DNA of 64,000 nt from Eledone cirrhosa (taxonomy: Eukaryota), in NCBI GenBank assembly GCA_964016885.1, contig OZ024742.1, forward strand, positions 54,126,001 to 54,190,000. The letters run 5' to 3'. The notes beneath the pieces were generated by a model that saw nothing but the letters and a program-made list of their open reading frames with translations, did not search any database and was not told the DNA's origin. The position numbers and the translations under genes were made by a program. Below, piece by piece: positions 38,766 through 51,905 of this stretch (the first letter of the stretch is position 1; the number at the start of each line of letters is the position of its first letter).

Positions 38766-39949
38766 ACAGTCTGGCAGCTTCAAAATTTGCAGATCGAGCC
38801 ACATAGAAAAAATATCATAACAAAATGAATTCAACTATGCAAATAGTTGTTCGGTATTTTAAATGATATTTGTAAAACCATGCAGGAAACTATATGGAAT
38901 TTCGTTCAGTGAATGAACGCTCACTATGGTGATAAATTGCATTTAAAGATATATAGTTTTCTTTGTAGAAATATTTAGATTTTAAGCACCCTAATATATA
39001 TTTTATCATTAGTTGACCCTGTGGAAATTCGATAGATCAATTACAAACACCCATTAAGTAGAAATGCTTCCTACTTTATATCAATAGATGGATATAATAT
39101 AATCAGCCAGTATTATATAAAATCCGTTGCCGATAGCACCACAGTTCTCTTTCTTTTTCAGAAACACCCACCTACTCCCATGCAAGCGCGCGCGCGCACA
39201 CAGATACGCAGGCATCAACAAACTCCCATGCGCACACACCCACACGCATTTCTTGTCTTCGTGTGTTCATGATTCTGTTCGCAAGTGATTTGTCGCTAAA
39301 CACGTGTTGAATTAGAAAGCATTTCTTCAAAATATTGTAATATTTGAATAAATAGAAAGAAAATAAAGATATGAAATGAAATAAGATTAGTTTTGTTTCA
39401 TAGATTTATCAATGAACAAATAAGAAATAAAAGAAACAACAATATTTACTAACTGTCAATTAATTCAATGTAATTAAATTATATCCGGTATTTCATATTT
39501 GCATAATCCTTTAATGTAACATGTTTAAACCGTAGCCAAATATAGCAATGTTTCTGCTGGAAATCTTGTTTGATAAACCCGAGAAACTCATGAAAGACAT
39601 CCATGGATTATGAAATTAAATATCACGTTATTAACATGACTACTACATTGGTTACCACAATGGTCATTCTTGGTGGGGTTTATGATAACAGGAAATTCAA
39701 AAACGTAGAACATTCAGGATAATTAGAGCATAAATGGAGCCACTGTAGTTTATTGCATTTGCTTAGTGAGACCTTTCCTTACACATCATGATATGTAGAA
39801 TGTAAAAGCATATGATTTCGTCTATAGATTATATTGAAAGTGTGTGAAAGAGGGATGAGAGAGTGAGTGATAGAGAGAGAAAGTATGAATTACAAATTTA
39901 CCTTGAAGTCAAGTTCATAATGTAACGATTGCTACTTTCGTTCAGATTT

Positions 39950-42900
39950 CTGGGAGATTAGCAAAACTATACATTTTCGAAAACTTTAGGATATACTGAA
40001 TCCCAAAACCAATGTCGCCATGTTTTTCAAGGTGTCTGTGGTGGCCATCTTGGAATTTCAAAATGGTGACTACCGATAACCTTTTTCAACAGTATCTCAA
40101 AATCTAACCAACTGGGCTTCTAATTAGTGGCTAATTTAACATAACAATAATAATAATGATAAAAATAATAACAATAATCAAATGACATGTAATTACTTCA
40201 TTAGTGTTTATAATTTTTCAGACCATTGAACAATATGGCCACAGCAACGTTACCACGACTTGGTAGACAGCAACAAAAGACAATTGACTGGAAACCATGT
40301 ATTTTGTGCCTACAAGATGCAGGCCAGTTTGTGTTACAACCAAAATTATATTCATACCATAGTTTGTTAGCTGTAGTGATGGAGCGAGCATTACTGCATG
40401 ATGGCGAATTTGTCAAAATTCAAAAGAGGCTAGTAGACTACACAACAGAAACTTTGCAGAGAAATAAGGCTTTTTGGCATCGCACGTGCTACTCCAACGC
40501 CACAAGTAAAGTCAAAATGGAACGTGCAAGAGACCGTCACCAACGGTCTTTGTCTACTGGATCACATATCCGCAGAAAGCGAGGACGCCCTTCAAGCTTT
40601 GACAGGAGTGAGCGATCAACCTCTGCCGCAATCATAGGGCCAGCAACAAACCCACTAGAACATGATTTGTGCTTTTTTTGTCAAACGTTTGGTGACCAAC
40701 AGTTGTTTGTAGTAAGAACTGCCAATGCGGTCCAAGCTCTAAAAATAGCTGTGGAAATCTCTCCTAATCCAGAACTAAAAACAAGAATGGTATCTTACAT
40801 CTCCGAAGGGGATGCCCACGCTGTATCATAAACTGTGCTGGACAAGAAATGTGTCCCATTGAGATAAAGCTATCGCAAACAAAGCAAACAAAGAGAGTGG
40901 GTGTCAAAAGCAAACAGCTAGTTTCATTAAATTAGTGAACATTATCGACGTGCAAACTACAGATGGCGCATATCTTTGCATGGCAGACATCGAGAATACC
41001 TATTTGAACATGCTAGGTGGAGCAGAGGCTTTGCCAAATCACAGACCTGTCTATACCAGACAATGGCTGAAAGACAAAATATTAACAGAATTACCATCTG
41101 TAGTTCTGCAAAGCAATAGGCGAAATCAGCTGTGTTGTATTACCTTGAAGCCTCTGAAGTTAAAATGGTTCACTCTGCCATCACCTCTGATGACACGGAC
41201 AACATGAAGAATCTCTATAGGTCAGCTCAGCTTGTTCGCCTCAGCATTGAAAATTTTACCAAAAGACAACCGCCACAACGTAATCCCAGTTTCCAGCAAA
41301 ATAGAAGATGTGCCAGTGGAACTCTATACACTTATTCGCTGGATCATGGCAGGGCCTGCAAATGAACTGGAGACTGTTGTTCGAACACATGCTGTGGACA
41401 GAGCTGCCCTTACAATGAGTCAAAATCTGATGTTTGGATTCAAGTCTAAGAGACAAGTCACATACAGGCCCAAAACTGAGCATGCTGGCTTTCGCTCGCA
41501 GCATGTTAGAGAAAATCCCCAAGTTGTGAGATTGGCACTGAGCACCCTTCAAAAGACAATAAATAAGATGCTCGTTAATCTCCTCAACGCCCAAGATTAC
41601 TGTATTTCATACAGCCGTATGCTAATGATGCCAACAGCCGTTGCCAATGCTGTAGTGGAGAATACCAAACAGTTCCAAGGGCTGTATGTGCCACCATTCC
41701 TCAAGAAAGGCACTTTTGTCTTCTTCGCAGTAGACAATGCGGATTTAACTGAGGACAGTCCAGATGGTAAAGGTACCACCCATGGCACTATCACTGCCGT
41801 ATAGCAGAAAGCTGATGCCCCTGGAGAACCAATTGCATCACCCCTAAATATCACTGATGCACAGAGTCTCTCTGTGACCCCATATAATACAGCTATAGTT
41901 CCTTGTGAGAAGTCAAAGCTGAAGAGACCATCTGAGAAGAGGATGATTCAGTTTGCCATTGACAAAGAAGGTGTGGATAGTACCTACCAGCTCACACATC
42001 TGGGATGGGTCGTTGCCTACGCTGTTTCCCGAATGAACAATGGTGAATTGAGTCGAATTCCAGGCTGGGCAGGCTATAACTCACTTTTGTCGACAAGCCT
42101 ACCCTTAACTGAGGTTGGAGCTCTACCTTTGCTCCCAGAAGTCGCGCATGAATGGCCAACATTGCTAACCGTTATGATGCAAGCAAACAAATTAAAAGAG
42201 CTGGCAGTTGCTGACAATTACCTCACTGTCATTTCCTTCGACATGGCACTCTACGAGAAAGCAGTACAGTTGGTTGATGCTAGGCCGGATTTGAAGGGCA
42301 AAGTGCTGCCAAGATTTATGGAGTTTCATGTTGTCATGGCTGCGTTGAGAGCTCTAGGCTTTTCAATTGAAAACTCGGGAATAGACGACGCCTGGATGGA
42401 AGCCGATCTGTATAGTTCTGCCACAACCAGACAAATTCTCAAGTGCACACACTACAAGCGTTCGCTACGTGCACACATTTACTCCCTACATGGCACTTTA
42501 TGAACTGGCATTGGAGCAGTTCCTAGAGGACAATCCTCATCTGGAATATCTGTGTCTTCAAGCAACGATTCAAGTAGAAGAGGCAGTTCAGAACAAAGGC
42601 CCCAAGGCTGAGTCTGTGAAGCATGAGATGCTCATCTGCAGCAAGTCTTAGCAGAGTATGATGTGATCAAGAAACTGCAAGACTGGGAAGCAGAGAAGTC
42701 TAAGAATGCCATGTTCAGATCATTGATGAACTATATGCATCGGGTAGAGACAGTTCTGTACTTTGTAGCGGCATCGCGGAATGCTGATCTGAATCTTCAT
42801 CTTGAAGCTGGAGAAGCACTGAGCAAGCTGTTCTTCTCAATGGTCAGGTTAAAGTATAAGAGAATCTGGCCACGCTACATAGCAGATATGCACGCATTGA

Positions 42901-43190
42901 AGACCAACCACCCCGACACAAGGGGGGAACTTGAAGAGGGCAATATATCCATCACCAAGAATGCCATCCGGTTCGTATCCATTGGAGGTGACCACGCCTG
43001 TGAACATCTTAACAAATTCATGAAAGTTCAAGCTGGTCTCATTGGAGTTTCCAATAATCCAAATGCAAGGCAACGCTTCTTCATGGGAGCTCCTGAAATG
43101 TCCTGCCTTGCAACGGAGTTTAAGGACCGATTCGGTGTTGATGAAAGCCATGAACTTGAGCCATGCCCTATCTCCAGTTGCAATCAAGAA
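39950..43190 (+). mobile_element. Frameshifted large DNA-transposon transposase, probably Academ-like, 3'-truncated
   Basis: WKPCILC, WHRTCY, CFFCQ, FFAVDNAD..GKGTTHGT, ISFDMALY, EFHVV, DHACEHLNK; upstream GGCCATCTTGGAATTTCAAAATGG subterminal-type motif. Superfamily assignment is from motif recall only. Confidence 0.6.
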
Positions 43191-43216
43191 AAAATGAAAC
43201 GAAATTCCATACGAAA

Positions 43217-43236
43217 TGAAACGAAATTCCATACGT

Positions 43237-43289
<53 letters not shown>

Positions 43290-43846
43290 CATGTATGTAT
43301 ATATATATACATACTACTGTACGCCTGTATACATATATATATGTACGTATACATACTTATATTTAAGTAACAGCCGTACTAAGAGTGGGAAATGAAATTT
43401 CGTTTCATTTTTTCTGTTTATCGTTTTCGGTGCACACGTCCGATTAACCCACTCGATATGCAAATTAGGCTGCTCAGCCGTTAATATGCATAAGGAAAGT
43501 ATATACTTTCAGATGTTCAATCATCTGGCAGGAAGGTATACGTTGCTGACGATAGCTAATAAGCTTGAAACTAGTACAGCGTTCCTTTGTCAGTGTTGAA
43601 CAAACGAGCAACGATAGTTGCTAGACACTACGGCTTAATAGGGGATGTTTGTTTACAAACACACCGAGCATTATAATAAATGTTCGGTGAATCCATACGT
43701 ACATATATATATATCTGTGCATGTATGTATATATATATACATACAACTGTACGTCTGTATACATATATGTATGTACGAATACATACTTATATTTAAGTAA
43801 CAGTCGTACTAAGAGTGGGAAATGAAATTTCGTTTCATTTTCTCCG

Positions 43847-43848
<2 letters not shown>
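43217..43848 (+). mobile_element. Retrozyme-like family D, second copy (430-bp period)
   Basis: CAG[C/T]CGTACT at 43371 and 43801; short inverted pieces (AAATGAAACGAAATT twice) at its 5' junction. Confidence 0.8.
43541..43581 (+). ncRNA. Minimal type I HHR (family D)
   Basis: CGTTG-CTGACGA-TAGC taataa GCTT-GAAA-CTAG-TA-CAGCG. Confidence 0.85.
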
Positions 43849-43885
<37 letters not shown>

Positions 43886-43964
43886 GAGATGAGCGGAACA
43901 AGTAAACATTAAACAATCTTTTAAATAAATTAAAATACGATTTAAATATTCACCTATCCAAAAT

Positions 43965-44044
43965 GCTTTTATCGACGCTTTCGCCTCACAAAAGATTGGA
44001 ATTCCAAAGGACTTCCAGTGGAAAAGATCGGCTCCTCAGAAAGC
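43965..44044 (-). ncRNA. Type I HHR-like motif (family H) in the TA-flanked island 43881-44310
   Basis: GCTTT-CTGAGGA-GCC(long loop)GGC-GAAA-GCGTCGA-TA-AAAGC; stem III imperfect. Confidence 0.6.
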
Positions 44045-44309
44045 TATTTACATTCTATAGGACGTAAAGTCTCACAGTTTGTTAATGTATCGCCTACTGC
44101 CAGCTAGCGTAAGGTCAGGTCGTTAAAATGACCCACACATAAACTGGTGATCTTGTTCAGAAGATCCCGTTAAGGGTGAAAGCAGCGACTCTTTGCTTAA
44201 ACTTTAATTTGTTATTTTAAATATTTGCTCTAGGGTTCTTATATATTTGATATATATTCATCCTTATCGAGCCCTCTTTGGTTTTAGTCTTCAAATTTAT
44301 TATTATAAC

Positions 44310-44346
<37 letters not shown>

Positions 44347-45179
44347 CAGTGTATTTATACTTAGTGAGAGAGGTATAGATATACATAGATATATAGATAT
44401 ATGTCAACTCTTTTTAAATGCCGTCGGAAGCATTGTTTCGGAGAATAATGCGGGGTATACAGAATATGTGATCGAATACAAAATTAAACCTAAAATTGAA
44501 TCACATCGTTTTGAAAGACATTTTCATTGCTTTCCATATCCCGCCTCCATATATCGATTAGCAGGAGAAGTATTGATTTATTCATACGAGAGAATGTTGT
44601 AATAATGTTCTGTGGAAAAAAGAAAATATGCTTCCGGTATTAGATCAGACGTTTTACAAAATATATGTATGCATTTGAAGTTAATTTATAGTATTGCCTA
44701 GCCTCGTGCATGTATTACACACATGTATAATTATGATAATAGTGAGAAATAAAAGTAAATTTGATAGCAGATTGAGATTTTCAGCATCATGACATAGCAG
44801 TTATTCAATGTGTACGCCTCAGTGGATCATTATATGCAATAATTGTGGTACATAAATTCTTACTTATTTCATTTCTATACAGTGTGACACAAACGCAACC
44901 AGCCCCATTTTTATGTTCGTTTACATTATATATGTTTGAACACAAACTGATGAAACTCCGGATATATTTACTTCAAACCATAAAGCATCATTTGATGTTT
45001 CTGTCCAGAGTTACAGTATATGTTCCAAGTGATCCCCATTTGAATCCATGCAAAAAACTAAAAAAAAAGTTAAAGTCCAAGCATATTAAAAAACCTAGTT
45101 TTTATATACATTCCTTAATTACACTCTGGATTGAGAAATTATTTCTTCAATTTCACTGATTTGTTCACTTTCAGCTGCA

Positions 45180-46330
45180 GTCTGTGGGTCTTGAATTCTG
45201 TATACTTCCAATGCCCCAATCTTGTTCAATATAGGTTTTGAAACATCGAAGATTTGCAGCATTTGCCATATCGTTTTAGACCTTATTTTACAGAAAGTGT
45301 CCACCTACGCATAGGAAGCTGCATTACTGCTGAACAACTGTTTGACTTCGGCATTTGAGTTTATCATTATTAATTTGTTAATTGTAAATTTTGCAGCATC
45401 TCTAAATTGATTTCCTCCAGTGGCATCTTTATAGTCCCGAACCTCTAGCCAGAATGCCTCACTATTAGATATATTTCTCCATTTAACTAAATGGATGCTA
45501 TTAAATCGAATTTCAATTGAAGCAATTCTTTTCTTTATTTAAATGCATAGCTCCTTAGACAGGAAAAATTGGCTCTTTTAAATGTATCAAAGTATTCTGT
45601 ACTGAAAAACATTTCATATTCCTCCGTATATTAATGTTGTCTGTCAAATATTTGAGATATTCATAAAAACAGAATACAAGTTTTTTCGGTCACTGTTCTT
45701 GAGTCATTTTTGTAGTAGCTTTCTCTCAAAACCAGTAGCCTACATTTGGTTTTAAGATTAAGAGCGTCTTAAAAGCATTAGGATCAAGAAGATCAATTCT
45801 ACATGTTGACAATACTATCACATCATCAATAGATTTGATCAAATTTAAAAGAATTTCAAGTAATTTTGTTTTGTAAACAGTGTTTGATGCAAGCAGTTTA
45901 TTAACCTCCTGAAAAATTCATTCCCAGAATTGCAAAGCATTTTGTGTAGCGATTCAGCTGTAGATCATATTTCTTTTCTACCTGTAGATTGGAACTGAGA
46001 TTGTAATTGGCTTAAACTTCTACTTACAGCTGGTTTTATTGACAGCTACGTATGCGCACAGGAATTCTCAATCTTCAAGAGATACTTATCATTGATAACA
46101 AGGTAGAATTGCTTGTAGGCTCTTTGGCTAGTTGAGAAGTGATAGAACCATTTATAGGTTTCGGATACTAAATTTTCCGTGTTACTTGGCAGGCATTTAA
46201 CAAAAGTGTAGGATACTGTCAACTGTAAAGAAATACATATACATCTAAATAGAAGTAATGATGGAACTTTCTCTTTTAATCTCAGGTAAACACCAATGTT
46301 GACCCCTAAACATTACACAGAAGATTTTTT
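45180..46330 (-). pseudogene. Very decayed hAT-type transposase
   Basis: T*LSIKPAVSR (decayed TRWLS) near 46020-46055; SNAAS near 45315-45330. Confidence 0.4.
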
Positions 46331-48084
46331 ATGTCTAATTTCCTTTTCTTTAATTCATTTTTTTTTTCAAACTTTCATCTCATGTCTATAGCTGAAAATA
46401 CAAATATATATAGAGTATGGAAAAAATTAGAAAAATAGCAATTTGAAAAACAAAGGGTAACCTTGTTTTTCCACACAAGACAGAAAATGCAAAACATATT
46501 CGAAAAAACAAAAGCTTATTTGAAAACTTAGTCAAACTGAAAATAAATCAGCCTGTCATGTCAAAAACTCATCCCTGAAGAATTAGTATGATTGCTAATG
46601 TCAGGTGGTAGAATTTATGTCTTTTTCTTATTAGTGACATGTTTACATTAAAGAGTATAGGTGGGGTGCCCAGATGCTGAGACGAGTTATGCCTCCATCC
46701 GCACTTGTTCAGAGCGAAAAAGGTAACAATAAATTACTCTATAACCGTTTATTTCATGAAAATGAAAGAAACGATTCAACAATATGCGATAGTATCAAAA
46801 TTTGGCTGTAAAATAATAAAAATAGAAAAGTAGAAAAAAGAGAAAAAGAGAAAGGAAAAGAGTAACTGTTGTGGAAATGTTAAGAACAGAAAAATACTAA
46901 ATAATTTTTTGAAACAACTATTTCCCCGCCAAATGCTACATTCGAACTTTTCCTGCTAAATGCTTCGAAATAAATGTTAGGTCTAGTATTAAAAATACTA
47001 AATTTGGTAACATCGAATGGGACAGCCTGCTCTTGGAAATTCAGGCTATTTTAATTACATTTACAGTTTATTTTGTCCAGATAAGTGGACTTGCACAACT
47101 TGAAATAAAGTGTCTTGATCACAGATAAAGCACACCACAAAGATTCGAACTCACGAGAATGAGATCATAAGCCGAACAACCTAGACACTGAGCCACGCAT
47201 GCGCACTACATGCAGTGTAACAGTTAAAAGAATGGCATACATTTTATATCAACCATACCTTCATCATCATCCATACACTCATCTGTCTGTTTATCTATCT
47301 GACTCTCACTCCATCTCTCTATATCTCTTTTTGTCTCTCATTATGTGTTTCTCTGTGTGTCAGTCTGGTTGTGTGTGTGTGTGTCTCTTTCACTCTCTCT
47401 CTCTGTGCAACTCATTACCTCTCTTCCCCTCTCTGTCACTCTGTCTCTCTCTCCATCTCTGTCTCCCACACACTCTATATGTCACCACTCTCTCCTACTT
47501 TTCCTCTCTGTTTCACTCTTTCTGTCTCTCTTTTCCTCTCTCAATATACTTCTCTATCTGCCTCTCTCTCCTTACTTTTTTCTTCTTCTCTCTCTATACT
47601 TCTCTTTCTCTCTCTATCTCTCTAACTGCCAAAGTATTAATACAGGCATTCTATAATATAATTGCTTTTTAAAAGCTTCTAACCTTAACAACCTACATTT
47701 TTATTTTTCGAAGAAAATAATTAATGTCTGAAATTTAACGCTTGTGGACCATGAAATTCCTCAGCAGATGATATATTTGTCATGTTTAATTTACTGAAAT
47801 TACAATATGACTTCTTGAAAATTAAACATCGCTAAACAGAATGTTACAATAAATACAGTGTCCTTCTTTGTTACACTGCACTATTTTCTAAATAAAACGG
47901 TTGTAATTCAATATGAATGTACTTTGAAGCGGACAATAAATAAATATAACATAAAAGGAAGAAATATCTTTATTTATTTCAAGTATCTTGGATGCTTCTA
48001 TGTGGATTTTCCTTGGAAAATTTTAGGAAAGCAGACACCCTATAACCTATTTTCCCATATTATTCCCACCCAAATTTACGAAGA

Positions 48085-48158
<74 letters not shown>

Positions 48159-48371
48159 CGTTTCTGAATTTGTTTAGCAAGATTCTTTATCTGAAATCGT
48201 GTGTTGAAACCGATATTGTTATACTTTGGGAGGGTCATGTTGCCAATAAGAAACACACGCACCAGTTGCTTTCACTTCAATTTAATTTAATATATATTTA
48301 TAAATTTACAAATTTATAAATTTCTGGTTGGTTGGTTGGTTCCACAACCAGATAGTTGTTTATATATATAT

Positions 48372-48416
48372 AGTCATAGTTCTTTCGTCACACACTCTGT
48401 GACCTCTTCAGTGACT
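48372..48416 (-). ncRNA. Minimal HHR (family I), mirror copy
   Basis: Reverse complement of 49656-49700. Confidence 0.75.
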
Positions 48417-48974
48417 GGGGATTTCTTTCTTCGTTTCTGTGCCTTTCCTTTCTTCTATCCTACGCCATTTTGTTTGTGTGTGGGTTGCGTGCTCAGTTTG
48501 CGCATGCGCCACATCCGGGTGTCTGTGTGTGTTTGTGTTCATTTTTCTATTTTTCTATTTATATTTGTTTGTTTATTTATTTATTTATTGTTGGTTGGTT
48601 GTTTGTTCTATGTGTGTGTGTGTTTTCATTTTGTCTTGTGTGTGTTTTCATTTTGTGTGTGTTTTCAATTGTAAGTTGTTTATATATGTGTGTGTGTGTT
48701 TTCATTTTGTCCTTAATTGTAAGTTGTGATGTTGCTGTTCCACTCATATTTTCTATTTAATTTTGGTTTTAATTCTTTTATGCTTACTGCCTCTGTAATT
48801 TGCCTAAACATTGCGTCTTTCTTGTGTGTGGATTCTATTTTTATTTCTATGCTCTCTAATTTACCCCTGTGTTCTATCTTAGCATGTTGGTAGAGCACAG
48901 ATGATTCTTTACTATCTTGGAGGTCTCGCCAGTGTTCATTTATTCGTTCCCCTATACTACGAGCTGTCTCACCT

Positions 48975-49370
48975 ATGTACACTATATCTATAGATAAGAA
49001 ATGTATAACCTGTAAAATAAGCCCCCATATTAACTGTAAAACAAGAAATGTAGTATATAGCATAAGATGTACTGAGGGACAATGTAGAAACAAAAATATA
49101 GTGTACATAGGTGAGACAGCTCGTAGTATAGGGGAACGAATAAATGAACACTGGCGAGACCTCCAAGATAGTAAAGAATCATCTGTGCTCTACCAACATG
49201 CTAAGATAGAACACAGGGGTAAATTAGAGAGCATAGAAATAAAAATAGAATCCACACACAAGAAAGACGCAATGTTTAGGCAAATTACAGAGGCAGTAAG
49301 CATAAAAGAATTAAAACCAAAATTAAATAGAAAATATGAGTGGAACAGCAACATCACAACTTACAATTAA
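48975..49370 (+). CDS. PLE GIY-YIG endonuclease fragment (5'-truncated; mirrored in ORF 48713-49108)
   Basis: NCKTRNVVYSIRC..YIGETARSIGERINEH..SVLYQH..RQITEAVSI..PKLN. Confidence 0.85.
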   Translation: MYTISIDKKCITCKISPHINCKTRNVVYSIRCTEGQCRNKNIVYIGETARSIGERINEHWRDLQDSKESSVLYQHAKIEHRGKLESIEIKIESTHKKDAMFRQITEAVSIKELKPKLNRKYEWNSNITTYN

Positions 49371-49655
49371 GGACAAAATGAAAACACACACACACATATA
49401 TAAACAACTTACAATTGAAAACACACACAAAATGAAAACACACACAAGACAAAATGAAAACACACACACACATAGAACAAACAATAAATAAATAAATAAA
49501 CAAACAAATATAAATAGAAAAATAGAAAAATGAACACAAACACACACAGACACCCGGATGTGGCGCATGCGCAAACTGAGCACGCAACCCACACACAAAC
49601 AAAATGGCGTAGGATAGAAGAAAGGAAAGGCACAGAAACGAAGAAAGAAATCCCC

Positions 49656-49700
49656 AGTCACTGAAGAGGTCACAGAGTGTGTGACGAAAGAACTATGACT
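49656..49700 (+). ncRNA. Minimal HHR (family I)
   Basis: AGTCA-CTGAAGA-G-GTCACA gagtg TGTGAC-GAAA-GAAC-TA-TGACT. Confidence 0.75.
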
Positions 49701-49851
49701 ATATATATATAAACAACTATCTGGTTGTGGAACCAACCAACCAACCAGAAATTTATAAATTTGTAAATTTATAAATATATATTAAATTAAATTGAAGTGA
49801 AAGCAACTGGTGCGTGTGTTTCTTATTGGCAACATGACCCTCCCAAAGTAT

Positions 49852-49889
<38 letters not shown>

Positions 49890-50198
49890 TTGGGGAGGGT
49901 CATATTTGTGTAATATTGCCAGAATTATTAACAGAACACACTCACTGTTTCGTTGGTTTTCGCTTTTCGCTTCTGTGTCTTTTATATCGGTTAATTTAAT
50001 TTATTCGGTCCTCAATGTTGCCATTAACTGACCAACGGTAAAAAATACAGATACAATATAGACACAAACACATATATATAATTCATCGCCGTTATATATA
50101 TATATATATAATGAAAAATTTGAACAGGGACAGAACAGAGAGGCAGTACAATAAATGTTTATTAAATTCACGCTCAGGAGAGCGGGAGGTAGGTGGGG

Positions 50199-50232
50199 GA
50201 CGACGTTTCGGGCATAAGCCCTTCCTCAGGTG
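50199..50232 (-). ncRNA. Minimal HHR core (family J) in the C-rich pLTR-like island 50110-50640
   Basis: AC-CTGAGGA-A-GGGC ttat GCCC-GAAA-CG-TC-GT; stem I only ~2 bp. Confidence 0.55.
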
Positions 50233-51830
50233 AGAAGTGTGTGGGAACAGAGTTCAAAAGGTGTGTAGGGGAGTGGTGGAGAGACATATAGCGAAAGGAA
50301 ACGGTGCGAATGAAAAATTAACAAATAAAGATAAAAAATATAAAAAATAAAAATAAAGCATGATCAAAATACAAGGAATGAGAACATTTAAAAATAAAGG
50401 CATGATCAAAATAAACTGAAATTAAAAGGGGGGGGGGGTAAACAGGTGGTGGAAGGGTGTGGGGTGAGTAGGGGTGGTGGCGGGTGGAGTGGGGAGAGGG
50501 AGACGGGGTGTCCGAGCGGGGAGGGCTGAAGGTGGTGTGTGTGTGTAGGTGTGCGTGTGTGTGTGTGTGTATGTGAAAGTGAGGGTTGGTGGAAGAACGG
50601 GTTGCATGTTCAGGAAGAGGTGTGTGTGGGGCGTGTTTTATATATATGTGTGGAATTGATAATGGTTTTGAAATAACTAATTAACCCGCGTGTATTAAAT
50701 ATTTTACTCTTAATTTGGCCAGAGATTTACATTCCCAATCGCCTTTTAAAGCGTAACTTTCCGTATGTACTACGGTTATGAGATGCGGCTTGTTATTTGG
50801 GTATCACTTCTGTTTTTAGCCTAAGAAAATATCTATATGCGTGTGTAATTAATACACGCATACATTTATTTTTTTAATTTCAATTGAGTTCTTAACACGT
50901 TGGATTGATAATGTTTTTGAAAAAACTAATTAACCCACGTGTATATTATTTTCTTTTCTCGTGAATCGTTGTTGTCTCCCTTTCCCGCTTAGTGACGCTA
51001 TGATACTTCCTCAGTCAAAAGACTGCTGGAATTTCAAATTTGGCGGTCATTCGATGCGTGAAGGAGCAGCTTAGCAGACACGATTTTTAATTGCGGTAAG
51101 AATTTTTTCTTATATCAAAGTTTAATGGGCTTCCACTGAAGATTTATAAGTGCTCGCCTAAATATATTCTTACATGAATATATGTTAGGCTTCTACATAA
51201 ACTGGAAACATCCTCCCAATTTGTAGAAAACTTATAATGAAACAATTGTTTGGAAAGAGAGATATATTTTAACTTTAATTATATCTCATAAAATAATACA
51301 ACTGGCTTTCCACAAAATACATATAGTTAGCACCCCAAACACTTAAATTGGGTTTATACTAACATATAACCTAATGTTTGTTGAGTGAGATGGTTACCAG
51401 TCGGAGTTTAGCTTTAAGCTATCTCTGTTATTGTATTAAATATATATATATATATGTACTTCATTTTTGAATTTCTGTTGCAAGATTTCTTATCTAAAAA
51501 CGTGTGTTGAAACAGATGTTTTGGAAATAAATTCATGTCCATACGGCCTCAAGCAATAAGATACAGTCACGTATAATGTTTGGGGCATAAAACCATATAA
51601 AGCGTATAAGTAGCTGACAATCACAGGCGAGATGATGTAAATGCCAAACAATGTGCAGTGTGAGTAGATAGTAAACCAATTAATAAATTATTGTGTAAAT
51701 CTATACAAAGAAAACACTGCGACCAAAGTGTGCCTCCCTATGGGAGATATTGAAACACAGCAATGTATATATATACATATATATAAGAATATTCACAAAT
51801 ACACACCACACACACACACACACACACATA

Positions 51831-51905
<75 letters not shown>

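Larger units (their letters stand above)
48156..49859. mobile_element. Head-to-head palindrome of two 5'-truncated PLE copies (family I), TA-flanked
   Basis: Arms 48213-48987 and 49096-49859 nearly identical; each is GIY-YIG C-terminus + pLTR + start of the next ORF (MTLPKYNNI). Confidence 0.92.

Noticed and set aside
44105-44116. TAGCGTAAGGTC shared with the family F linker
   Set aside because: Single 12-mer, opposite polarity relative to the HHR; could be chance
50970-51020. Minus-strand CTGAGGA..GAAA
   Set aside because: No convincing stems I-III
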